Positions 8,853 to 17,570 of a stretch of DNA of 32,000 nt are shown one piece after another (positions within the stretch are counted from its first letter, which is position 1; each line of letters begins with the position of its first letter). This DNA comes from Methanopyrus kandleri AV19. GTDB lineage: Archaea; JAADCQ01; Methanopyri; Methanopyrales; Methanopyraceae. The position numbers were made by a program, and so were the translations under genes. The notes below the pieces were generated by a model that saw only the letters and a list, made by a program, of their open reading frames with translations, did not search any database and had not been told where the DNA came from. The stretch lies in assembly GCF_000007185.1 (NCBI RefSeq), contig NC_003551.1, forward strand, positions 1,020,001-1,052,000, in the 5' to 3' direction.

Positions 8853-8876
8853 CGGGGGAATCCCCCGTCATTTAAC
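8853..8876. promoter_or_regulatory. GC hairpin plus TATA-like element in a divergent 63-bp spacer
   Basis: CGGGGG-AAT-CCCCCG (8853-8867) is a perfect 6-bp inverted repeat. CATTTAAC (8869-8876) lies about 40 nt upstream of the TTG start at 8915, which itself follows GGGGAGGTGAT. Confidence 0.3.
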
Positions 8877-8914
8877 CCCCGAGACTGACCGGTTCGCCGG
8901 GGAGGTGATACGGG

Positions 8915-9487
8915 TTGAAGATCGCGATCACGGGCACGCCGGGTGTCGGGAAGACGACGGTGTGTGAGGCACTCCGTGATCTCGGGTTCGACGTGGTGCA
9001 CTTGAATAAGGTCGCGCGGGAGATGGACGCGATCCTCGAGGAGGACGAGCAACGTCAGGCTAAGGTGGTGGATCTTCACGCGCTCAGGCGGTACGTGGAG
9101 GAGTGGGAACCTGAGTCCGATCCGGCGTTCGTGGAGTCTCATTACGCCCACTTGATGCCGACGGACCTCGTGATAGTCCTCCGACTTCATCCCTCGGAGC
9201 TGGAGCGACGACTGAAGGAAAAGGGTTACCCGCCCGAGAAGATCGCGGAGAACCTGGAGGCGGAGTTCGTCGGTGTCTGTTACGGGGAAGCCGTGGAAGT
9301 ACGGTCCGAAGGATGCTTCATCCGACCGCCGGAGGACGTGATCCAGGTGAACGTCACGGGCTTGAGCCGCGCCGAGGCGGCCGATCGGGTCCTCGAGGCC
9401 GTGAACCACCGTCGGGGTGACGACGTGGACTGGCTCTCCGACGAGGAGGCGCAACGGACAGTCGAGCGTTACCTGAAGTACCGATGA
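8915..9487 (+). CDS. Fap7/AK6-type nucleotide kinase (archaeal putative adenylate kinase, COG1936-like)
   Basis: [16 protein letters not shown] is the P-loop at the extreme N-terminus. The pattern VESHYAHL...[33 protein letters not shown] is typical of the family. TTG start with a GGAGGTGAT SD. Confidence 0.85.
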
Positions 9488-9499
9488 GGGGGTCGAAGC

Positions 9500-10444
9500 G
9501 TGCGCCGGCGGGAGGTACTGCGTCCGCTGAGGGAGGACGACAAGTACCGCCACCCGGCGGTGTTGGACGAGGGGGTCAAGATAATAGGGGATAACCTGGC
9601 TGATGTAACAGCCGAGATCGGCGCCTACGCTGAGATCGGCCCGTCGGTGGTAATTCGAAGGAAAGCCGCGATCTACGGGTTTTGCCGGGTGTTCGACTCG
9701 GATGTGGGTGAGCGGGCGAGCATATCTCCGTTCTCCATCGTGCGCGCGGACGTGGGTAACGACGCGTTCATAGGCGACGGATCCATGATAGGTGCGATCG
9801 GTGAAGATCGGGCCAAGTTGGGTTACGACTGTTTCATCGGCATGAGATGTGTGGTGTACGGTGGTGTGAAGGTAGGTGATGGGGCGATCGTAGGGGCGGG
9901 TTCGGTCGTCGAGGAGGACGTAGAACCTTACACGGTCGTGATGGGGCGGCCGGCCGAGTACGTGGGTGACACCGTCAGGATAAGCGCCAACACGTTCGTG
10001 GGCGGCGAAGAGGCGTCGGCGCAGGCTCGGATGGTCACGCGTGGCTACGACACAGGGTGGGAGACGTTGGGATGCACGGAGAGTCGCGGTGTGAACCTGA
10101 CGGTGGTTACTTTCGACCGTGAGGTATGGGAGAGGCTGATGGGTCTGCTCGGTAGGTTCCGCGGTGAGGTGGACCACGGGACGTTCCGGTTTGAAGGTGT
10201 AGAGTTCTTCGGGATCGCGGCGTCGTCCGAACGGCCACCCCGTCGGGTGGTGGACAAGATCCGTGAACTACTCCTGGAGCGGGCCGAGCGGCTGGTAGCG
10301 TGCATTTTGGACTGTCCGAAAGGATACGGCCGGGACGTGGTAGTCCGAAGCGGTCGGATCAGCGACGAGCGGGTGACCGGTCCGTTACGCGCCCGCGGCT
10401 CGAGGTACTATCGGCGCACCGAGGAGGGCTTGCATACTGTTTGA
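9500..10444 (+). CDS. Left-handed beta-helix (hexapeptide-repeat) acyltransferase-like domain fused to an unrecognised ~140-aa C-terminal domain
   Basis: Residues ~40-165 show imperfect hexapeptide periodicity (IGAYAEIGPSVVI..., VGNDAFIGDGSMIG, IGMRCVVYGGVKVGDGAIVGAGSVV). The C-terminal part (from ...GWETLGCTESRGVNLTVVTFDREVWERLM...) has no motif I recognise. GTG start after GAGGGGG. Confidence 0.7.
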   Translation: MRRREVLRPLREDDKYRHPAVLDEGVKIIGDNLADVTAEIGAYAEIGPSVVIRRKAAIYGFCRVFDSDVGERASISPFSIVRADVGNDAFIGDGSMIGAIGEDRAKLGYDCFIGMRCVVYGGVKVGDGAIVGAGSVVEEDVEPYTVVMGRPAEYVGDTVRISANTFVGGEEASAQARMVTRGYDTGWETLGCTESRGVNLTVVTFDREVWERLMGLLGRFRGEVDHGTFRFEGVEFFGIAASSERPPRRVVDKIRELLLERAERLVACILDCPKGYGRDVVVRSGRISDERVTGPLRARGSRYYRRTEEGLHTV

Positions 10445-10476
10445 AGCGTTAACGGCTGGTCGCCACGGCCGGTGCG

Positions 10477-10484
10477 TATTATAT
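10477..10484 (+). promoter_or_regulatory. TATA-like box (TATTATAT) upstream of pdxT
   Basis: This is the only AT-rich octamer in the 74-nt spacer. It is centred about 39 nt upstream of the TTG start at 10519. Confidence 0.35.
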
Positions 10485-10518
10485 CCTTCCGACTGTCGGG
10501 TGCTGGGGGCCGTCCGGC

Positions 10519-11127
10519 TTGAAGGTCGCTGTCGTCGCCGTGCAGGGAGCCGTCGAGGAACACGAATCGATCCTGGAAGCGGCCGGTGAGCGGATCGGCG
10601 AAGACGTCGAGGTGGTATGGGCAAGGTACCCGGAAGATCTCGAGGACGTGGACGCCGTCGTGATTCCGGGAGGAGAGAGCACCACGATCGGACGTCTGAT
10701 GGAGCGGCACGACCTGGTTAAGCCGCTGCTGGAGCTGGCGGAGTCGGATACTCCCATCCTTGGAACCTGCGCGGGGATGGTCATCCTCGCGCGTGAGGTC
10801 GTTCCGCAGGCTCATCCAGGGACGGAGGTGGAGATCGAGCAGCCTCTACTAGGTCTAATGGACGTGCGGGTAGTCCGGAACGCGTTCGGCCGGCAGCGTG
10901 AATCATTCGAAGTAGATATCGAGATCGAGGGGCTCGAGGACCGGTTCCGGGCAGTCTTCATCCGAGCTCCGGCCGTGGACGAGGTCCTGTCCGACGATGT
11001 GAAGGTGCTCGCGGAGTACGGCGATTACATTGTGGCCGTGGAGCAGGATCACCTGCTCGCCACGGCTTTCCACCCGGAGCTCACCGACGATCCGCGTCTT
11101 CACGCTTACTTCCTGGAGAAGGTGTGA
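10519..11127 (+). CDS. pdxT: Pyridoxal 5'-phosphate synthase glutaminase subunit PdxT (SNO family)
   Basis: Family motifs are MKVAVVAVQGAVEEH, PGGESTTIGRLM, GTCAGMVILA (catalytic Cys) and ATAFHPELTDDPRLHAYF. Length is 202 aa. Confidence 0.92.
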   Translation: MKVAVVAVQGAVEEHESILEAAGERIGEDVEVVWARYPEDLEDVDAVVIPGGESTTIGRLMERHDLVKPLLELAESDTPILGTCAGMVILAREVVPQAHPGTEVEIEQPLLGLMDVRVVRNAFGRQRESFEVDIEIEGLEDRFRAVFIRAPAVDEVLSDDVKVLAEYGDYIVAVEQDHLLATAFHPELTDDPRLHAYFLEKV

Positions 11128-11139
11128 GGGGAACTGACC

Positions 11140-12081
11140 TTGGCGTGCGGCATCGCCGGTATCGTGCTGCCCGAGCCGGGGCCTGTCGGTGCTATCCTGA
11201 CGGAGATGCTGGATGCGCTGCAGCACCGGGGTCCCGACTCGGCCGGTTACGGTCTGTACCGGGACGTCGACACGGCGGTTTTCGTCCTAGAGCTGCCGGC
11301 CGAGGACGGGGAAATGGAGCTGCTGAGTGAGGTCGAGCGTGCGCTGGAAGGGCGCCAACTGAAACGGGTGGAGCGGATCGCCGAAGACGCGGGCACGCGG
11401 GTGTACCGGCTGTTCGTGGAGGGGTTCTCGACGGGACGACAGGGCCAGCGAGAGCTGGCGGAAGTCGTGGAGAAGATCGAGAACTCGGACATCACCGTAT
11501 TGAGCGCGGGTCACGGCTTCGAGATCCTGAAGGACGTGGGCACGGCGGCCGAAGTCTCGGAGCAGTACGGTGTCGAGGCGATCGAAGGCACTCACGGGAT
11601 CGGACACGTGAGGTTCTCGACGGAATCGGAGGTCGATAGGTATCACGCGCATCCGTTTCAAAGTTACATGATACCTAACATGGCAGTGGTTCACAATGGT
11701 CAAATTACCAACTACTACACGATCAGAGAGCGACTCGAAATTAAAGGATATCAGTTCAAGACCAACAACGATTCGGAGTGTATAGTAGTGTATGTAGCGG
11801 ACAAGTTGCGGGACGGATACTCGCTGGAGGAGGCGATGGAGGAGGCCATCCGCGACCTCGACGGACCGTTCTGCTTTATTATCAGCACTCCGGACGCGAT
11901 CGCGGTCGCGAGGGACCCGCTGGGGCTTCGTCCCGGTGTGATCGGGTTCGGTAAGGACGGGGCTGTCGCCGTCGCCTCGGAGGAGGTCGCGCTGCGTCGG
12001 ATCTTCGGCGACGAGCTCGAAGGTATCGAACAGATCGAACCGGGCGAGTACGAGGTGTTCGAGGTGGGTGGCCGGGGTTGA
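11140..12081 (+). CDS. Class-II (Ntn) glutamine amidotransferase, stand-alone GltB-domain-1-like subunit
   Basis: It begins M-A-C-GIAGIV, with the nucleophile Cys directly after the initiator. It also has LQHRGPDSAG, GIGHVRFST and VVHNGQITNY. TTG start. Confidence 0.85.
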   Translation: MACGIAGIVLPEPGPVGAILTEMLDALQHRGPDSAGYGLYRDVDTAVFVLELPAEDGEMELLSEVERALEGRQLKRVERIAEDAGTRVYRLFVEGFSTGRQGQRELAEVVEKIENSDITVLSAGHGFEILKDVGTAAEVSEQYGVEAIEGTHGIGHVRFSTESEVDRYHAHPFQSYMIPNMAVVHNGQITNYYTIRERLEIKGYQFKTNNDSECIVVYVADKLRDGYSLEEAMEEAIRDLDGPFCFIISTPDAIAVARDPLGLRPGVIGFGKDGAVAVASEEVALRRIFGDELEGIEQIEPGEYEVFEVGGRG

Positions 12082-12770
12082 AGGAGAGGGTTATCGACTG
12101 TCGTGACAAGGAACCTCGGGACATCAACAGCGCGCTGAAGACCTACGCCCGGGAGTACGACCGGATCGTGCTCGAGAACCCCGGTGCCAAGCACTACATC
12201 GCGGCCGGGCTGACCGAGGAGGTTGAGGTGATCATCAAAGGGAGCGTCGGCTACTACGTTGGTACGATGATCCACGGGCCGCGGATCCTCGTTAAGGGGA
12301 ACGCGGGCTGGTACCCGGGCGATAACGTCACGAAGGGAGAGATCGTGATCGAGGGTCACGCGGGTGACGGAGTCGGTCAGGGAATGTACGGTGGTACCAT
12401 CGTCGTCCGTGGCGACGCGGGTTCACGGGTCGGTCAGATCATGAAGAACGGGACGGTGATCGTGGGCGGCGACGTGGAGATCATGACGGGCATGTACATG
12501 ATGGGCGGAACGATCATCGTACTGGGCGACGCCGGCACGTACACGGGCGAGAGCATGCTCCGCGGCGAGATCTACGTGTTGGGCGAGGTCGAGGATCTGG
12601 GTAAGAACGCCGAAGCCGTCGATCCCAACGGTGAGGATATCGAGCGCGTCTGGGAACTCGTCCGCGCGTACGACTTCGACGTAACCCGTGACGACTTAAA
12701 AGCGTTGACGAAGATCGTACCCAGGTCGAAGCGCCCGTTCTACGGCTCCGAAGAGATGGAGGAGGGGTAA
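12078..12770 (+). CDS. GXGXG-repeat beta-helix protein (GltB domain-3 / FwdC-like subunit)
   Basis: It has repeated G-x-G turns (KGNAGWYPGDNVTKGEIVIEGHAGDGVGQGMYGGTIVVRGDAGSRVGQIMKNGTVIVGGD...). Its TTG start overlaps the previous stop (TTGA at 12078-12081) and lies 8 nt after GAGGTGGGTG. Confidence 0.85.
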   Translation: MKERVIDCRDKEPRDINSALKTYAREYDRIVLENPGAKHYIAAGLTEEVEVIIKGSVGYYVGTMIHGPRILVKGNAGWYPGDNVTKGEIVIEGHAGDGVGQGMYGGTIVVRGDAGSRVGQIMKNGTVIVGGDVEIMTGMYMMGGTIIVLGDAGTYTGESMLRGEIYVLGEVEDLGKNAEAVDPNGEDIERVWELVRAYDFDVTRDDLKALTKIVPRSKRPFYGSEEMEEG

Positions 12771-12776
12771 GAACCC

Positions 12777-13466
12777 GTGGCCACGACCGTCGTGTTGTGT
12801 AGCGGCGGGCTGGACTCCTCGGTTATCGCCAAGTGGGCGGTGGAGGAGCTCGGAGGGCGCGTGATATGTCTTTTCGTCGATTATGGGCAGCGGAACGCAC
12901 CCTTCGAGCGGAGGGCTGCGGAACGTATAGCCGAAGCGGTGGGGGCCGAGTTCGAAACTGTCGGCACGTTCTGGCTGAGGCGCCTCTGCCCGGATAACCC
13001 CATGTTCGCCGGTAGACTGCCGCGTGAGGCCGGGACCGAGGATCTCTCGGCGAACTGGCTTCCGGCGAGGAACTGGAACCTCCTGGGGGTCGCGGCGGCG
13101 CTCTGTGACCATCTGTACCTCGAGGGGGAAGACGACGAGTTCCACATCGTTTGGGGTATCAACGCCGAGGAAGCCGAACGGTTTCCGGACAACACCAAGG
13201 AGTTCGCCGACGCCGTAGCTGAGGCGCTGAAGCGGGGACTGCCCTCGCGGCCGCGGCTCCACAGTCCGTTGGCCGAGTTGTACAAGCCGGGCATAGTGCG
13301 CCTGGGCTCGGAGCTCGGTGCCCCGATGGAGCTCTCCGTAAGTTGCTACAACCCGATCTGGGAGGACGACACGCCGGTGCACTGCGGAGAGTGTGAGGCG
13401 TGTTACCACCGTAAGCGGGCCTTCGAGCGGGCGGGGATCGAAGATCCCACAGAGTATCTGGAGTGA
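12777..13466 (+). CDS. queC: 7-cyano-7-deazaguanine (preQ0) synthase QueC
   Basis: VVLCSGGLDSSV is the PP-loop. The C-terminal SCYN...HCGECEACYHRKRAF is the Zn-binding Cys cluster typical of QueC. The GTG start lies 6 nt after the previous stop. Confidence 0.9.
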   Translation: MATTVVLCSGGLDSSVIAKWAVEELGGRVICLFVDYGQRNAPFERRAAERIAEAVGAEFETVGTFWLRRLCPDNPMFAGRLPREAGTEDLSANWLPARNWNLLGVAAALCDHLYLEGEDDEFHIVWGINAEEAERFPDNTKEFADAVAEALKRGLPSRPRLHSPLAELYKPGIVRLGSELGAPMELSVSCYNPIWEDDTPVHCGECEACYHRKRAFERAGIEDPTEYLE

Positions 13467-13920
13467 CCTCGCCGCCCTCGGGACCACCGCCCTAATCGCG
13501 GCGAGTCCCATCGGCCACTGGCCCGCGATCGCCTACGGGCTCGCCCACGGCCTTCCCGCCCCCCTGGTTATCGTGGTAGTGGGCCTAGCAGGGTACCTAC
13601 CGGTGGAACTGTGCCGGTTCGTGCGCAACCCCGACCCGAACACGTCCGGTAAGCGCGCCGAGCAGCTAGTACGACGATACGGTCCGTACTTGGGCGTGCT
13701 GACGGTTATGGTGCTCTTCGGATCCTACATCACCCTCGCCACGATGGCGGTCGCGGGACTCGGTGGTGATCGGCGAGCCCACCTCTCGGCCTTGGCAGGT
13801 TCCATGCTGCTCGCCCTGCTGGGGTACGGTGCGACCCACACGACGTTAAGGGCGCTGCAGCCGTGGTTAATGGGTCAGGAGTGGGGGGAAGAACTGCTCC
13901 GACGGTTCGGTATACGCTGA
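13393..13920 (+). CDS. Small polytopic membrane protein
   Basis: It has hydrophobic helices (LAALGTTALIAASPIGHWPAIAYGLA, LVIVVVGLAGYLPV, GPYLGVLTVMVLFGSYITLATMAVAGLG, LSALAGSMLLALLGYG). There is no ATG/GTG/TTG in frame between 13393 and the second helix, so the start probably overlaps the queC 3' end by 74 nt. Its sequence pattern resembles the 8450..8851 protein. Confidence 0.6.
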   Translation: MRRVTTVSGPSSGRGSKIPQSIWSDLAALGTTALIAASPIGHWPAIAYGLAHGLPAPLVIVVVGLAGYLPVELCRFVRNPDPNTSGKRAEQLVRRYGPYLGVLTVMVLFGSYITLATMAVAGLGGDRRAHLSALAGSMLLALLGYGATHTTLRALQPWLMGQEWGEELLRRFGIR

Positions 13921-13965
13921 GGTGCTACGAAGGGGGGAGTAACCGTCAGACGAGACGTCCCCTCC

Positions 13966-15177
13966 ATGGTGGTCGATAAGCACGCTCGGGACGCAATTCG
14001 GTCGGGAGCCCTCTCGGTTTTCGCACCGGCCGTTCGGAGGGTCAGGGGACGGTTCCGACCCGGTGATGTGGTGAAGATCGAAACCGCGACCGGCGACTTC
14101 CTGGGCTACGCCTTCGCCCAGACTTCGGACCGCGACGTGCGTAGTGGCCGGGCTCCGGGCATCGTGGCCAGGATCTTCGATCGGAAGGGAGAGTACCCGG
14201 AGCGCTCACCGGACGAGATCGTGTTGGAGCGTATCGAGAGGAGATACCGGTTCAGAAAGCGGTGGAAGGTCGACGCGCACAGGGACCACATGAGGGTGGT
14301 GTTCTCGGAAGCCGACGATGTTCCCGGCCTCATCCTGGACAAGTTCAACGACATCGCCGTGTTTCAGACCACGTGCCCGGCCATAGAGAGGATCATCTTG
14401 AGGAACGCGGCTGAACTACTCGAGATATTGGATGTGGACACGCTTTACGAGAAGAACGATTCAAGGAAGCGGCGACAGTTGGGGATGGAGGTACGGAAGA
14501 GGGTGGTGGCTGGAGAGGAGCGAGTCGAGACCGTCGTAGAGGAGTACGGGGTGCGCTTCGCGGTCAACGTCGAGGAAGGTCAGAAGACGGGGTTCTACAT
14601 CGACCAGGTGGAGAACCGCGCGAAGGTGCAGGAGCTGGTGGATGGAGGTAGGGTCCTTGACGTCTTCACGTACGTAGGTGGGTTCGCGATCCACGCGGCG
14701 GTAGGCGGCGCCGAGGAGGTGGTAGGTATCGACAAGTTCGACCGGGTAGTCCAGGCCGCGTACCGTAACGCCGACCTCAACGACGTCCGAGACCGTGTGA
14801 AGTTCCTCGTAGGGGACGCGTTCGCCCTGCTCGAGAAGTTCGAACGGCGGGGAGAGGAGTTCGACGTCGTGGTCCTGGATCCACCGGCGTTCGTCACGTC
14901 CAAAGAGCATCTGAACAGGGGACGTAGGGCGTACTTCGACGTGAACTACAAGGCCCTGGGGCTGGTCCGGGACGGCGGCCTCTTCGTGACCTGCTCGTGC
15001 AGCCACTTCTTGGAGCCCTCCGACTTCGTGAGACTGGTTAACGAGGCGGCAGCCCGGCGGAGCGTGAGGCTCAGGATGCTCGGTCCGCTGCGGGGCCAAC
15101 CCCCGTGCCATCCGATAGTACCTGGGAACCCAGACACCAGATACCTCAAGGCGATGTTCTGTGCGGTGGAGCACTAG
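13966..15177 (+). CDS. SAM-dependent RNA (m5C-type) methyltransferase with N-terminal PUA-like domain (RlmI / COG1092 family)
   Basis: Motifs are GQKTGFYIDQVENR, VLDVFTYVGGFAIHAA (SAM motif I) and VVLDPPAF (motif IV). Length is 403 aa. Confidence 0.85.
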   Translation: MVVDKHARDAIRSGALSVFAPAVRRVRGRFRPGDVVKIETATGDFLGYAFAQTSDRDVRSGRAPGIVARIFDRKGEYPERSPDEIVLERIERRYRFRKRWKVDAHRDHMRVVFSEADDVPGLILDKFNDIAVFQTTCPAIERIILRNAAELLEILDVDTLYEKNDSRKRRQLGMEVRKRVVAGEERVETVVEEYGVRFAVNVEEGQKTGFYIDQVENRAKVQELVDGGRVLDVFTYVGGFAIHAAVGGAEEVVGIDKFDRVVQAAYRNADLNDVRDRVKFLVGDAFALLEKFERRGEEFDVVVLDPPAFVTSKEHLNRGRRAYFDVNYKALGLVRDGGLFVTCSCSHFLEPSDFVRLVNEAAARRSVRLRMLGPLRGQPPCHPIVPGNPDTRYLKAMFCAVEH

Positions 15178-16592
15178 CCGATCGGTAGTGCGATGTAGAG
15201 TGCGAAGATGTAGGCGGGCAGAGTGAATGCGAGGAGCATCGGGTGGATAGCCCAATCGTGAGGACGCTCATCGGCTGGTTTCGGATCCCTTATCCACTTC
15301 AATAGATCTAGCAGTGTTTTCGTAACTACGATTGTGTATACGACGACGAGTACTAGTTCTGTCTGATGCATATGGTAGTACCACAATCGCATGAAATTAG
15401 GTGCGGCCAAGTACAGCTGATGGGCCTTCTCTACAGCTAATGGTGTGGAAAAGCCCAGTAGTTGAAGTGCTGGATACCACCGTACATCTTCCGGTACGAA
15501 TACAGGAGCGTTACATACAGCGGCAGGAAGTCTGCTGAGTGCGAGGAGAAACGGGGCAGTGTTGAGGAACCCGACACACCATGATGGCAGCAACCAGACG
15601 GCGAATGGGAATACCCATAGGTAGATCCAGGCGATATAGTAGGGGTTTCCTACTTTGGTAGTTAGGGCAAACCATAACATGAACAGAGCTGCGGAGCCCC
15701 AAATAGTGTGTTTCAAGCCAGATGTTCTAATGGATTCTTGTAGGATTTCACGACGTTTCCAAAGCCACAAAGCTAGAGTTACAAATCCGAGAATTATAAG
15801 TGGTCCCGATAGCTTCCCTATAATGAAGTGATAGGGGTAAACGTGCCATCTAGTTAGGAGTAATGGGATGTTTAGAGGGGTAAGATCTTGAGGGAGTCTA
15901 AGCATATGAAATAGGAATGCTTGTTTCCAAAAGGCTTCTGGATCGTACAGTATAAAGGGTGACCAGAGTAAAGCTACTGTGATTGCAGAGGTTAAGAAAA
16001 ATATCTTTGCTGGGCGTGAACCGTACTTTTCTTTGAGGATAAGAGTGAACGGAATTACGAGTATTCCGGGCACATACTTGAAACTAGAAGCTAAAGCTAA
16101 GGAGACTCCAGCGGCGATGGGTCGACCACGGCGTACGCATACAGCAGTGAGTGCTAGGAAGAACGCGATAATAGTATCGAACTGATAACCCCACACAACC
16201 ATACCCATAGGTACTGATATGACTCCCCACTGAGCGATCGGCCACTCGAACTCCCGAATTATTACTAGGCATGTAAGCAGGTAGAATGCGACTAAAAATA
16301 TCTTAAGAGAAAATTGGAACGTCCATGGGTTGGAGTCTAAACCTAGGTTGTGGATGAGGTCGCGCGTGGTTATGTAAAAGACTACGGCCATCGGTGGGTA
16401 GTGTACTTTTTCGCACTCTGGGTAGACGTGTAGTAGGCCTTTAGACATCGCGACACGGTACCACTCCTCAAAGTAGTGGACGTCGTACCAGTTCATCATC
16501 ACTGGGGAGGTTGTCAGGAGGAAGACCGCTGCAAGGAGGGGGACCGCTACCGCCAGGTACCGCTCGTGCCGCTCGTTACGGACCCGAAACAA
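15174..16592 (-). CDS. GT-C-fold integral membrane glycosyltransferase candidate (DUF2029/GT87- or PMT-like)
   Basis: The 472-aa protein has about 12 or more TM segments. The first loop carries acidic/aromatic YDVHYFEEWY followed by LLHVYPECEKVHYPPMAVVFY, which matches the Y-x-YPP pattern I associate with DUF2029-type GT-C enzymes. Most of the gene has markedly low GC. Confidence 0.55.
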   Translation of the reverse strand: MFRVRNERHERYLAVAVPLLAAVFLLTTSPVMMNWYDVHYFEEWYRVAMSKGLLHVYPECEKVHYPPMAVVFYITTRDLIHNLGLDSNPWTFQFSLKIFLVAFYLLTCLVIIREFEWPIAQWGVISVPMGMVVWGYQFDTIIAFFLALTAVCVRRGRPIAAGVSLALASSFKYVPGILVIPFTLILKEKYGSRPAKIFFLTSAITVALLWSPFILYDPEAFWKQAFLFHMLRLPQDLTPLNIPLLLTRWHVYPYHFIIGKLSGPLIILGFVTLALWLWKRREILQESIRTSGLKHTIWGSAALFMLWFALTTKVGNPYYIAWIYLWVFPFAVWLLPSWCVGFLNTAPFLLALSRLPAAVCNAPVFVPEDVRWYPALQLLGFSTPLAVEKAHQLYLAAPNFMRLWYYHMHQTELVLVVVYTIVVTKTLLDLLKWIRDPKPADERPHDWAIHPMLLAFTLPAYIFALYIALPIG

Positions 16593-16608
16593 CTTCCGCC
16601 CTCCTTTA

Positions 16609-17565
<957 letters not shown>

Positions 17566-17570
17566 TCAGG

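Noticed and set aside
8852-10177. Upstream 442 codons of the 575-aa minus-strand ORF 8450..10177
   Set aside because: It is H/R/P/V-rich with no motifs. It lies exactly antisense to the Fap7-type kinase and the beta-helix protein, both of which have clear family motifs. This is a typical high-GC antisense open frame, and only the 3' 402 nt was kept.
12696-13511. 271-aa minus-strand ORF antisense to queC. The same reasoning applies to 14461..15255, 28480..29382, 19190..19921, 1812..2402, 21377..21937, 11751..12359, 7610..8344 and 17955..18353.
   Set aside because: Each lies opposite a gene with strong family motifs and has arginine/proline/histidine-skewed composition. They are open frames expected by chance in about 60% GC DNA.
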